A stretch of DNA of 44,318 nt, taken from contig JARFQI010000063.1 in NCBI GenBank assembly GCA_029287855.1, positions 1 to 44,318 of the forward strand, given 5' to 3'. This DNA is from Arenicellales bacterium. GTDB lineage: Bacteria > Pseudomonadota > Gammaproteobacteria > BMS3Bbin11. Shown one piece after another: positions 1 through 10,835 of this stretch. Under the pieces are notes generated by a model. That model was given only the letters and a program-made list of their open reading frames with translations, did not search any database and had not been told where the DNA came from. Made by a program: the position numbers and the translations under genes. Within the stretch, counting starts at the first letter, position 1. Each line of letters opens with the position of its first letter.

Positions 1-2
1 AC

Positions 3-203
3 CTGAAAGCACTCGAAAAACGCTTTGGCTGGTTAGCCGAGAACCCGCAACTGGGCAAACACCGCACGGATGTGGCTGAAGGCTATTACAGCTTTCCACA
101 GGGCGAGCATGTTGTCTTCTATCTGATTGGAGATGAAGGCATTGATATTATCGGCATCCCGCACAAGGAGATGGATATCATCACTTATTTTCTACCTGGC
201 TGA
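3..203 (+). CDS. ParE/RelE-family type II toxin, C-terminal part (5' end lies outside the window)
   Basis: Reading frame 3 from the window edge gives LKALEKRFGWLAENPQLGKHRTDVAEGYYSFPQGEHVVFYLIGDEGIDIIGIPHKEMDIITYFLPG*, with stop TGA at 201-203. The pattern (G.HR.D...YSFP.G.H.vFY....gI.IiGI.H..MD) is typical of the C-terminal half of ParE-like toxins. It is absent from the ORF track because it has no start codon in the window. Confidence 0.65.
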   Translation: MKALEKRFGWLAENPQLGKHRTDVAEGYYSFPQGEHVVFYLIGDEGIDIIGIPHKEMDIITYFLPG

Positions 204-270
204 ATAATCAGATATAAGGTGAAATGCCTGCTGTTGCCAGCCAGTGCCAGACATTGCCTGGCAGTACCAG

Positions 271-1848
271 TCACTCCCACTCAATGGTCGCAGGTGGTTT
301 TCCCGAGATATCATAGGTGACACGTGAAATACCGTCGATTTCGTTAATGATACGACGAGACACCAGGTCAAGGAAGTCATACGGCAGGTGCGCCCAGCGC
401 GCTGTCATGAAGTCGATGGTTTCTACAGCCCTGAGTGTGACTACGTACTGGTAGCGCCTGTTATCACCGACGACACCGACTGATTTTACCGGCAAGAAGA
501 CAGCAAAGGCCTGTGATACCTTGTCGTAGAGATGATGACGGTAGAGTTCTTCAATGAAGATATTATCTGCCCGGCGTAAAAGGTCAGCATACTCCTTTTT
601 CACTTCGCCTAGTATGCGTACACCAAGACCCGGGCCGGGGAAAGGATGACGGTAGACCATTTCTGCCGGCAAGCCGAGTTCAACACCGAGCTTGCGCACT
701 TCATCCTTGAACAGTTCTCTCAACGGCTCGAGCAATTCAAGATTCATATCGTCGGGAAGGCCGCCGACATTATGGTGCGATTTGATGACCTTGGCCTTGC
801 CTGTTTTTGAGCCTGCTGACTCGATCACATCGGGGTAGATAGTGCCCTGTGCAAGCCATTTAACATTCGTAAGTTTGCCAGCTTCTTCATCAAATACTTG
901 AATGAAGTTGTGGCCGATAATTTTACGTTTTTTCTCAGGATCTGTTTCGCCTGCCAGGCCTGCGAGGAAGCGATCTTCTGCATTGACACGGATTACCCTG
1001 ACGCCCATGTGCTCAGCAAATGTGGCCATTACCTGGTCGCCCTCGTGCAGACGCAACAGGCCATTGTCGACAAACACGCAGATGAGTTTGTCACCAATAG
1101 CCTTATGCAGTAAAGCGGCAACCACCGATGAATCTACACCACCTGACAGGCCCAGCAGTACTTCATCATCACCTACCTGTTTCTGGATATGATCAATACT
1201 GTCGTGAATGATGTTTGCCGGGTTCCAGAGTGAAGCACAACCACAGATATCATGAACGAACCGGGCAAGTACCCGGTCGCCCTGTTTCGTGTGTGTAACT
1301 TCGGGATGAAACTGGACGCCATAATAATGCCGTGACTCATCTGCCATGCCAGCCAGCGGGGCATTATCAGTCGTAGCAATTGCGGTAAACCCAGGGGGCA
1401 GACTGACTACTCTATCGCCATGGCTCATCCAGACGTCTAGCAATCCAAAGCCCTCTGGAGAGGTATGATCTTCTATGTCGCGAAGTAAACTGGAGTGGCC
1501 GCGTGCACGAATCTGGGCATAGCCATATTCGTGGTGCAGGGAGGTTTCAACTTCCCCGCCCAGCTGCGCTGCCATGGTCTGCATGCCATAGCAAATTCCC
1601 AGTATTGGCATGCCTGAATCAAACACCAGCTGGCTTGCTTTTGGCGTGTCGCCCTCAGTAACACTTTCCGGGCCGCCTGACAGGATATAACCTTTAGCTG
1701 CAAACTCCCTGATGTGCTCTTCATCGACATCGTAGGGAAAGATCTCGCAATAAACACCCGCTTCCCGTACGCGCCGTGCTATGAGTTGAGTGTATTGCGA
1801 TCCGAAATCGAGGATAAGAATCCTGTCAGAATGAATGTCGTTGCTCAT
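271..1848 (-). CDS. guaA: GMP synthase (glutamine-hydrolysing)
   Basis: 525-aa ORF. It has an N-terminal class-I amidotransferase ([27 protein letters not shown]), the ATP-pyrophosphatase P-loop SGGVDSS and the conserved C-terminal end [10 protein letters not shown]. It sits downstream of guaB as in the guaBA operon. Confidence 0.97.
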   Translation of the reverse strand: MSNDIHSDRILILDFGSQYTQLIARRVREAGVYCEIFPYDVDEEHIREFAAKGYILSGGPESVTEGDTPKASQLVFDSGMPILGICYGMQTMAAQLGGEVETSLHHEYGYAQIRARGHSSLLRDIEDHTSPEGFGLLDVWMSHGDRVVSLPPGFTAIATTDNAPLAGMADESRHYYGVQFHPEVTHTKQGDRVLARFVHDICGCASLWNPANIIHDSIDHIQKQVGDDEVLLGLSGGVDSSVVAALLHKAIGDKLICVFVDNGLLRLHEGDQVMATFAEHMGVRVIRVNAEDRFLAGLAGETDPEKKRKIIGHNFIQVFDEEAGKLTNVKWLAQGTIYPDVIESAGSKTGKAKVIKSHHNVGGLPDDMNLELLEPLRELFKDEVRKLGVELGLPAEMVYRHPFPGPGLGVRILGEVKKEYADLLRRADNIFIEELYRHHLYDKVSQAFAVFLPVKSVGVVGDNRRYQYVVTLRAVETIDFMTARWAHLPYDFLDLVSRRIINEIDGISRVTYDISGKPPATIEWE

Positions 1849-1891
1849 GGGTTACTCATAATTTTAGAGTATCCGTTACCGGCAAGTAACG

Positions 1892-3403
<1,512 letters not shown>

Positions 3404-3537
3404 TCATACTATCTGTGTCTTTTTTTTACGAATCTATAGAATTATTCACTGCATACTACTTGACGGACACTGTAATATTGTTGATGATTACATGACATAA
3501 ATATAAATTTCGAACCAAATTGAGAGGATACCAAATT

Positions 3538-3849
3538 ATGAAGAAACTTTTACTTGTAGCCTTTGCTGCGTCTATTTTTGCGGTTGGTGGATGTGCTTCA
3601 TCAGGAAGCAGCTCCATGTCAGACGATGCATGGAATAAACAGGTTGCTGCCGCTGAAGCAGGTATGAAAGACCTGAAGAAAAGAGAAGCACTGTGGCGTG
3701 ACACCGGCAAGTACCTGGAAGAGGCGCAGAAGGCATATAAGGAAGGAGACAAGGCAACGGCTGACAAGCTGATGAAAAAAGTAGAATACCAGATTAAAGC
3801 AGCTGGTATGCAGGCTGATTCCCAGGCTGGTGCCAAGCCACACTACTAA
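3538..3849 (+). CDS. small secreted lipoprotein, function unknown
   Basis: ATG at 3538 is preceded by GAGAGGA. The signal peptide plus lipobox reads MKKLLLVAFAASIFAVGG|C. The mature part is charged and helical, and a strong intrinsic terminator follows. The TTG at 3520 given in the ORF track is a less likely start. Confidence 0.6.
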   Translation: MKKLLLVAFAASIFAVGGCASSGSSSMSDDAWNKQVAAAEAGMKDLKKREALWRDTGKYLEEAQKAYKEGDKATADKLMKKVEYQIKAAGMQADSQAGAKPHY

Positions 3850-3872
3850 AAGTATCGGAAACGATATTTGCA

Positions 3873-3896
3873 AGCCGGGCGATGCCCGGCTTTTTT
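3873..3896 (+). terminator. rho-independent terminator after the lipoprotein gene
   Basis: AGCCGGGC-GAT-GCCCGGCT forms a perfect 8-bp GC-rich stem, followed by TTTTTT. Confidence 0.75.
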
Positions 3897-3919
3897 ATTT
3901 TTTCTAAACTCTTTAATTT

Positions 3920-5395
3920 ATGCTTATTGGCAAGTCAATTTATACGGTTTCCCTTCTGACCAAAGAAGTTAGGAAATTACTGGAAGCCAGCTATATCAAT
4001 ATCCAGGTGGAAGGAGAGATATCTGGTCTGAGCCGACCTGCTTCAGGCCACCAGTATTTTAATCTTAAAGATGAATATGCTCAGCTACGCTGCGTATTTT
4101 TTAAGAACAGTGCCCGCCTTTCAAATATTGAACTTGCTGATGGTATGCAGGTCATTCTTACAGCGCGGGTAAGCCTGTATGAACAGCGAGGTGATTTTCA
4201 GCTTTTAGTACGATCTATTGTTGGGTCGGGCGAAGGACTGCTGAGAAAAAGATTCGAACAATTAAAAGCTCGCCTCGGCGTTGAAGGCCTGTTTGAATTA
4301 TCGAACAAGTCCACACTGCCCTCACTACCGCGTCGAGTTGGCATCATTACTTCAGCTACTGGTGCAGCAATTCACGATATCATTTCAGTTTTCAAGCGCC
4401 GTTATCCTTCTATTCGAATTCTTGTCTACCCTGCCCTGGTTCAAGGTGAACAGGCAGCGGAATCGCTGGTAAATGCAATCAGTGCTGCTGATTCACGCAA
4501 GGAATGTGATGTGTTGATTCTGGCGCGCGGGGGTGGCTCTCTGGAAGATCTCTGGCCATTTAATGAAGAGATCGTTGCCAGGGCCATATATAACTGTTCT
4601 ATACCCCTGGTATCTGCAGTCGGACATGAAACGGATTTTAGTATCAGTGACCTGGTCGCCGATGCGCGTGCTGCTACGCCAACTGCAGCTGCGGAGATGC
4701 TATCTCCTGATAAAAGTGATTTAAGCAAAGCCTGCAAGGGGCTGCAGTTAAGATTATTGAATGCAATATCCAGAACACACGAGGCATTGAGTCAACAGCA
4801 GGATATGTTACAGACCAGGCTGATTTTGTTTAAACAGCAAGCCGAGCAGGAAAAATATCGCTTTGATATTCTGTCACAGCGGTTCTCTCGCCTTTCTGAC
4901 AGGATGATCAAAGACAAAGACATGGCGCTTTGCGGTTTGCTGTCTCGCATTCACAGCCCGAAAAAAGCACTGGATCAACGCTCGCAACGCTGCTTGAGTC
5001 TTGAGCTGCGACTGTTTCGCGGGGCTAGACACAGTCTTTCATCTGCAAAGCATGATTATGCAATCAATTATCAGCGTCTTTCGCAGAAACTGCCGATAAA
5101 CAAGATACAAAATCAATCAATCATCCTGTCGGGAATTAGAAAACGGTTATCGAATAGAATGCCCGAACTGTTACAGCATAAAACCAGTCAGCTGGAAAAG
5201 CAGGCCTACGCCCTGCAAACACTCAGTCCATTGCAGACTCTCGCACGAGGTTTTGCTACCTTACAATTCCCTGGTGAGAAGGCAATTGTAAGTTCTGTTG
5301 ACCAGGTTAAAATTGGCGATGAACTGCAGGCAAATCTCCACAACGGCTATCTACACTGTAAAATAATCAGATTATACAGGAATAAACATGACTAA
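3920..5395 (+). CDS. xseA: exodeoxyribonuclease VII large subunit
   Basis: 491-aa ORF with an OB-fold N-terminus (VEGEISGLSRPASGHQYFNLKD), a core containing ITSATGAAIHDI, ARGGGSLEDLWPFN and GHETD, and a long helical C-terminus. It is divergent from guaB, as in E. coli. Confidence 0.9.
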   Translation: MLIGKSIYTVSLLTKEVRKLLEASYINIQVEGEISGLSRPASGHQYFNLKDEYAQLRCVFFKNSARLSNIELADGMQVILTARVSLYEQRGDFQLLVRSIVGSGEGLLRKRFEQLKARLGVEGLFELSNKSTLPSLPRRVGIITSATGAAIHDIISVFKRRYPSIRILVYPALVQGEQAAESLVNAISAADSRKECDVLILARGGGSLEDLWPFNEEIVARAIYNCSIPLVSAVGHETDFSISDLVADARAATPTAAAEMLSPDKSDLSKACKGLQLRLLNAISRTHEALSQQQDMLQTRLILFKQQAEQEKYRFDILSQRFSRLSDRMIKDKDMALCGLLSRIHSPKKALDQRSQRCLSLELRLFRGARHSLSSAKHDYAINYQRLSQKLPINKIQNQSIILSGIRKRLSNRMPELLQHKTSQLEKQAYALQTLSPLQTLARGFATLQFPGEKAIVSSVDQVKIGDELQANLHNGYLHCKIIRLYRNKHD

Positions 5396-6245
5396 TATTG
5401 TTCACACCGGGTCGATTCTCCGGGTTTTTGTTCTGTTCATATGCATAAGCGCTTTCAATACTGCATCTGCAGCTTCATTTACCGGTTCTTCAGTACCAGG
5501 TGGAGTGAGCATGGTTAACCTGGGTAATGCCTCCGGACCTAAACCTCAGGCGCGCTATGGGGCAAAAAATGTACTGGTGATTGAGCAGGATGGCCAATGG
5601 AAGGGTCTTGTCGGCATATCGTTAAAGACACTGCCAGGGAATTACATTGTTAGCTATCAAACGGATAAAGACAGCAGTACTCACAAGGAAGTTTCTGTCA
5701 AGGTAAAGCCAAAGACATACCCTGAACAGCGCATCAAAATGAAACAAAAAAAATATGTATCACCAAACGAGGAACAGCTTGCCAGGATAAATTCAGAGAA
5801 AAAGCATATGAGCAAATTATTCAAGATATGGAGAGACACTGATGTTTCTGTCGACTTGTCCTGGCCGGTTGACGGCCCTCTTAGCAGTCCATTTGGTCTG
5901 CGTCGCTTCTTCAATGACCAGCCTCGCAACCCCCACAGCGGCATTGATATTGCAGCACCCGAAGGCACTGATATCGTTATGCCCTCTGATGGTGTGATTA
6001 TTGATACCGGCAATTATTATTTCAACGGAAAAACCGTATTTGTAGACCATGGCCAGGGCATGATCAGCATGTTTAATCACATGAGTAAGGTTATTGTAAA
6101 AACGGGTGACAAGCTGAAACGCGGGGATAAAATAGGTGAAATTGGGCAGACTGGAAGAGTCACCGGACCACATCTGCACTGGAGCCTGAGCCTTAATGAA
6201 GCCAGGGTAGATCCGATGCTTTTCCTTCCAGAAAAACAGAATTAA
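5388..6245 (+). CDS. M23/LytM-family peptidoglycan metalloendopeptidase (secreted)
   Basis: N-terminal signal peptide. The motifs HSGIDIAAPEGTDI and GPHLHWSLSLN supply the HxxxD and HxH zinc ligands. The start overlaps the xseA stop by 8 nt. Confidence 0.85.
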   Translation: MTNIVHTGSILRVFVLFICISAFNTASAASFTGSSVPGGVSMVNLGNASGPKPQARYGAKNVLVIEQDGQWKGLVGISLKTLPGNYIVSYQTDKDSSTHKEVSVKVKPKTYPEQRIKMKQKKYVSPNEEQLARINSEKKHMSKLFKIWRDTDVSVDLSWPVDGPLSSPFGLRRFFNDQPRNPHSGIDIAAPEGTDIVMPSDGVIIDTGNYYFNGKTVFVDHGQGMISMFNHMSKVIVKTGDKLKRGDKIGEIGQTGRVTGPHLHWSLSLNEARVDPMLFLPEKQN

Positions 6246-6346
6246 AAAAGAGCATGAATTTAGAAATGGATTAAAAAACCAGCTGTGTTGCGTGTTTTGT
6301 TTTTTACTTAAAACTTAACACGTGACTCGTAAATCGGTTTTAAAAT

Positions 6347-7519
6347 TTATATGGTGGTGCTCATTTCTGCCTCGGCAGAAACCTTGGCAACCAGCAGATC
6401 CTGTGCAATATCCCGCCAGTTGCTATCTGACTGGTCAATCAGCTCAGACAGTTTCTTGCTTAGTTTCTGGTAAGTCAGATCACTATCCTCACGCACCATT
6501 TTTGCAGCTACTTCGAGAAAGTTAATTACGGCTTCAAGCTTTTTCAGTTTGTCACGTTTTTCACGAATATCGTAATCTTCATTCTTGTCTTCAAAATATT
6601 GCTGTGAATTTGTTGACATCATCGTCACAGCTTTCTTGAAGCTGTTGAAGTCGAGGCGAAACATTCCATATGCACGCTGATAGAGCTTGAAATAGTCCAT
6701 CAGGAAGTCCTTGATTTTGCCAAGTCGGCGGTGCTTCTTCAGTGCGGTGACGAAGAGCGTAAATACGTCATCGTAATCTTCCTTGATCAGGACCTCTCTT
6801 TCCTTTATCTCACGCATGGTTGGATTCATTGCCTGTTGGCACATGGCGTTTATTTCTTCAAGCAGTTCATCAATCTCTCTTTCCTTGAGTTTGGCTTCGC
6901 GCTGTACCATGGAAAGGTTATTTTTCGCTTCAGCATGATCAAATGTCTGAATAACTTCATCTTTGATGGTTGATTCAACTTCAGACTGAGGATCATTACC
7001 GAGCGTTCCTGCCAGCCTTTTCTTCAGCCTGACGCTTGCTTCTTTTGCAATTCTGTATTCATTTGCACGCCTTGATTCAACTTCCTTGATCTCCAGGAAC
7101 TCAACCATGCTTGTATTGAATGTTTTTACCTTGAGCAAAAACTGATGGGTAAAGTTCATAAAAGGTGAAAAGAAATCGGCGCTCTCCTGCGGAGTGACTT
7201 TTAGCCTGTCGAAGTAGCTGCGTAAATAAGAGACTTTTCTGGCAATAATCTCTGTACTGCTCTGAATTCTGGTACTGATCTTGGAAAGGTCGCTGAAAGC
7301 GGTGTGCATTTCCTCGTTAAAACGTAGGATCTCGATAAGTTTGCGAAGCATCGTTTCTTCGCCACTAGTGCGAAGGAATAGAGCCTGCAGGCTTTGTTTC
7401 GCGTCTCGCATCTGAGACTGCGACAAAAGGTTGTTCTGCTCCGTGTACAGAAGTGCTGTCATGACGATCAGCATTTCCTTCTGTTTTGCTCCGATTGATG
7501 TGTTGCCTATCTGATCCAT
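6347..7519 (-). CDS. hypothetical protein, 390 aa, K/E-rich and predicted helical/coiled-coil
   Basis: Long uninterrupted ORF with an ATG start. I see no TM segment, signal peptide or catalytic motif. The sequence is AT-richer by eye than its neighbours. Confidence 0.6.
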   Translation of the reverse strand: MDQIGNTSIGAKQKEMLIVMTALLYTEQNNLLSQSQMRDAKQSLQALFLRTSGEETMLRKLIEILRFNEEMHTAFSDLSKISTRIQSSTEIIARKVSYLRSYFDRLKVTPQESADFFSPFMNFTHQFLLKVKTFNTSMVEFLEIKEVESRRANEYRIAKEASVRLKKRLAGTLGNDPQSEVESTIKDEVIQTFDHAEAKNNLSMVQREAKLKEREIDELLEEINAMCQQAMNPTMREIKEREVLIKEDYDDVFTLFVTALKKHRRLGKIKDFLMDYFKLYQRAYGMFRLDFNSFKKAVTMMSTNSQQYFEDKNEDYDIREKRDKLKKLEAVINFLEVAAKMVREDSDLTYQKLSKKLSELIDQSDSNWRDIAQDLLVAKVSAEAEMSTTI

Positions 7520-7661
7520 GATATATCGATTATGTTATATTCGAATTAGTTCCGCTAAAAAGATCTTCTACAGCTATATACAACGAATCTAGTTGACTAA
7601 GTTGTGAATGTCAATCTGTTCAGGTTATTCCATAAAATAATTAATAACTTCCAGCAATTAT

Positions 7662-9017
7662 CTAATGTCTTTTCCTACGTTTTCTTGATTTACCAGAAGG
7701 TCTGCCTTCAAACGGGTTGCTGCCTGCTCTGAAATCCAGGCGGATGGGCGTTCCCTGTAGTTTTCCAGCTTTTCTGAAAGTATTTATCAGGTAGCGGCGA
7801 TACGATCCTGGCAATTTTTCTAACTGGTTACCATGAATCACGATAACCGGTGGATTATGTCCACCCTGGTGGGCGAATTTGGGTTTCATTCGGCGGCCGG
7901 AAATCATCGGCGGCGGTGTTTTTTCTACTGCTTTTTCGAGGATTCGGGTAAGAAAAGAGGTTGGAAGGTCCTTCATGGCAGCATCATAAGCGCGTTCGAC
8001 TGCCGGAAAAATGTTGCCAACGGCTGTTCCATGTAAAGCCGAGACATAAAGAAATTCAGCAAACTGCAAAAACATCAGTTTGCGGTCAATTTCATCCTTA
8101 ATCCAGATTCGTTTTTCAGGTGTCAGCCCATCCCACTTGTTAACAATGACAACCATGGCTTTGCCCTGCTCTATGGCATAGCTGGCGAGAGTGGCATCCT
8201 GGTCGCTTATTTCTCGTCTTGCATCAAGCATCATCAGTACAACATTTGCCTGATCTATTGCCTGTAACGTTTTGATAACAGAGAATTTTTCTATTTTTTC
8301 ATCAACTTTTCCGCGGCGTCTGACACCGGCGGTATCAATCAGGGTGTAATCTACACCTTCCCGGTTAAAGGGTATTTTTACACTGTCTCGTGTGGTGCCT
8401 GGACGATCAAAGACAACCACACGTTCTTCGCCAAGCAAGGCATTAATTAGCGTTGATTTACCTGCATTGGGGCGACCAATGACAGCAATTACCGGTCCAG
8501 CATCAAGCTCTTCATCCTTGTGTTCGTGTGGAAAATCAGCCAGTACATTTTCCATCAGAGCAGAGACACCCTGTCCATGTGCAGATGAGATGGGCTGAGG
8601 CTCACCGAGTCCGAGAGAATAAAAATCTGACATTCTCTGGTCTATATCGAGGCCTTCGGTTTTATTTACAGCCAGTGTCACCCGTTTACCAAGCTTCCTC
8701 AGGCGGGCGAGAATACGGTCATCAAGCGAAGACAATCCTGCGCGGCCGTCAACAAGGAAAATGACAGCATCTGCTTCATCAGCAGCATCCCATGTCTGGC
8801 TAGACATCACTGTTTGCAATGGATCAGAACCGTCATCGAGACCACCGGTGTCGATAATTATGAAAGACCTGTCATTGATCCTGGCATTGCCATAAATACG
8901 GTCGCGGGTAATTCCGGGCTGATCATCTACCAGGGCGTCGCGACTTCGAGTCAGGCGATTGAACAAGGTAGACTTGCCGACATTGGGCTGTCCGACCAGG
9001 GCTATAACAGGTTTCAT
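7662..9017 (-). CDS. der: ribosome-associated GTPase Der (EngA)
   Basis: Two tandem GTPase domains with P-loops GQPNVGKST and GRPNAGKST, DTGG/DTAG and NKTE/NKWD motifs, a KH-like C-terminus and a basic tail. Confidence 0.95.
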   Translation of the reverse strand: MKPVIALVGQPNVGKSTLFNRLTRSRDALVDDQPGITRDRIYGNARINDRSFIIIDTGGLDDGSDPLQTVMSSQTWDAADEADAVIFLVDGRAGLSSLDDRILARLRKLGKRVTLAVNKTEGLDIDQRMSDFYSLGLGEPQPISSAHGQGVSALMENVLADFPHEHKDEELDAGPVIAVIGRPNAGKSTLINALLGEERVVVFDRPGTTRDSVKIPFNREGVDYTLIDTAGVRRRGKVDEKIEKFSVIKTLQAIDQANVVLMMLDARREISDQDATLASYAIEQGKAMVVIVNKWDGLTPEKRIWIKDEIDRKLMFLQFAEFLYVSALHGTAVGNIFPAVERAYDAAMKDLPTSFLTRILEKAVEKTPPPMISGRRMKPKFAHQGGHNPPVIVIHGNQLEKLPGSYRRYLINTFRKAGKLQGTPIRLDFRAGSNPFEGRPSGKSRKRRKRH

Positions 9018-9041
9018 GCTGAATGTTTCTGTATCAGGCTG

Positions 9042-10184
9042 CTATTGGGACAGCTGCCAGGCGAAGATATCGCCATCGAGGTTCTGCATCCATACTGTCT
9101 GGCCACGAGTGACTGGCTGGGCGAGAAATTCCCCACCGACCTTTTCCCTGCCCTCTATAACACCGGTCGAGGAATTAAGAATATGGATATAACCCTCACT
9201 GTCACCAACAATAATATATTCGTCGAGAACCGCTGGAGGAGTCAGTTTTCGATTTGCAAATTTATCCTGCTCCCAGGCAGTTTCTCCGCTTTTTCGATCT
9301 ATTGCATAGACGATATCACCCTCTGCCACAACGTACAGATGTTTTTCATCAGCATCCATGTCCTTGTTGGTGGATACCTCGTTTTCCCACATCATTCTGG
9401 CTGTTGGGGCATCTATCGCAATAACTCGTGACTGGTAGGCAGCTGTGTAAACCGTATCGTTTACTATCATAGGTCTTGCATCTACATCAGTCATTCTTTC
9501 TATTTCGGTTTTACCAATCGCATCACCTACCCTTACTTCCCAGAGACGTTGGCCATTATCGAGGCGTATCAGTGTCAATTTGCCATTATCAAAGCCAGCG
9601 AGGACGACATCAGTGACAACTAAAGGGCGGCCTCTTCCGCGCAGCAGTAAGCGTGGATTAGACTCTGTCAGGTTCCAGACCAGTGAGCCATCGGTCGCGG
9701 ATAAACCAACGAGTTTGTTCCCAGTAATGGGAACAACGACAACATTCTGTCCTCCTTCCGGACTCGCTGCGACACCGCCCTGTACGGCTCCAACCCATGC
9801 AGGATTGCCGTTACTTGCATAGAGTGCAACAACCTCACCCTCCTCGGTACCAGCAAGCAGAAGTCCATCGCCATAGCCGACGCCTGCGGACAGATTCAGC
9901 TTCAGTTTTCTGTTCCAGAGCGTTTTCCCTGTTTCGGCATCAAAAGCAGTAATTACTCCAGCAGAAGATGCAGCGTAGAGCGTTGTATCAACGAGGATTG
10001 GTTGTATCTGCCGGTTGTTCTTAGTTATTTTTCCACTCGATGCCTTCCATGCCCTGATAAGTTTTACCCTTTCTGAATAGGGCTCCAGCTTTGCAGGTGG
10101 ACTGATGTCTTCTTTTCCACCAAAGATTGAACATCCACTCAGGAATGTCAAAGCTGTAATTAAAAAGATAAACCTTATATTCAT
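9042..10184 (-). CDS. bamB: outer-membrane protein assembly factor BamB
   Basis: Signal peptide with lipobox LSGC, followed by repeated PQQ-like beta-propeller blades. It lies between yfgM and der as in E. coli. Confidence 0.9.
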   Translation of the reverse strand: MNIRFIFLITALTFLSGCSIFGGKEDISPPAKLEPYSERVKLIRAWKASSGKITKNNRQIQPILVDTTLYAASSAGVITAFDAETGKTLWNRKLKLNLSAGVGYGDGLLLAGTEEGEVVALYASNGNPAWVGAVQGGVAASPEGGQNVVVVPITGNKLVGLSATDGSLVWNLTESNPRLLLRGRGRPLVVTDVVLAGFDNGKLTLIRLDNGQRLWEVRVGDAIGKTEIERMTDVDARPMIVNDTVYTAAYQSRVIAIDAPTARMMWENEVSTNKDMDADEKHLYVVAEGDIVYAIDRKSGETAWEQDKFANRKLTPPAVLDEYIIVGDSEGYIHILNSSTGVIEGREKVGGEFLAQPVTRGQTVWMQNLDGDIFAWQLSQ

Positions 10185-10828
10185 GACTTGCTGCCGGTTG
10201 CAATTGCATCCAGTTTCATTTTCAAGACCGGTTCATACATAGAATCTGCAGATAGACCATCGATAGCAGCGCGGTAGGCATCACGTGCCTTGTCAGCCTG
10301 TTGCAGGCTGAGATAAATATCTCCGCGCATTTCATAATAGTGCGACTCAAAGCCATCCATGCTATCTACACTGAGCAAGTCAAGGGCTTCATTAAGTTTG
10401 TTTTCAACCATCAGGATAGTAGCAAGCCTTAATCTTGCTGTATGGACGGTTTCGAACTGTTTAGAATTTTCAATTGCCCAATTAAGTTTTTCCCGCGCGC
10501 CGTCTATATCCTTGTTGTCATAGGCAATGCGTGCCAGAATCAGCGCAGCTTTTCCCGCATAGGAGGTGTCATCATATTGATCAATGATCTGCTGGCCGAG
10601 CACGCTGGCCTGGCTGGCGACTCTATTGCCATCTGCATCAGTATTGATCATTTCCTGGTAAATAATTGAAGCGGCTTCGCCTCGGCCAGTTTTATACTCG
10701 TTCCACCAGTTGAAGCCGATAATGATTGAAAGCCCTAGCACCACACCAGATATAATTGGCGCACGATTTTCTTTCCACCATTTTCTGGCTTTTTCCTGTT
10801 CATCATCTTCTACAAGATTAAGATCCAC
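10181..10828 (-). CDS. yfgM: YfgM-family membrane-anchored TPR-like protein
   Basis: Acidic N-terminus, one TM helix (APIISGVVLGLSIIIGFNWW) and a TPR-like C-terminal domain. It lies between hisS and bamB and overlaps the bamB start by 4 nt. Confidence 0.75.
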   Translation of the reverse strand: MDLNLVEDDEQEKARKWWKENRAPIISGVVLGLSIIIGFNWWNEYKTGRGEAASIIYQEMINTDADGNRVASQASVLGQQIIDQYDDTSYAGKAALILARIAYDNKDIDGAREKLNWAIENSKQFETVHTARLRLATILMVENKLNEALDLLSVDSMDGFESHYYEMRGDIYLSLQQADKARDAYRAAIDGLSADSMYEPVLKMKLDAIATGSKS

Positions 10829-10835
10829 TATTTGA

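Noticed and set aside
3456-3836. 126-aa minus-strand ORF overlapping the small lipoprotein gene
   Set aside because: The plus-strand reading has an SD, a signal peptide plus lipobox, and a strong terminator. The minus-strand reading has none of these.
8814-9431. 205-aa ORF on the plus strand spanning the der/bamB junction
   Set aside because: It lies entirely antisense to two strongly supported genes and crosses their intergenic gap. The translation is motif-free, with no start or RBS context. This is the kind of shadow ORF expected opposite real coding sequence.
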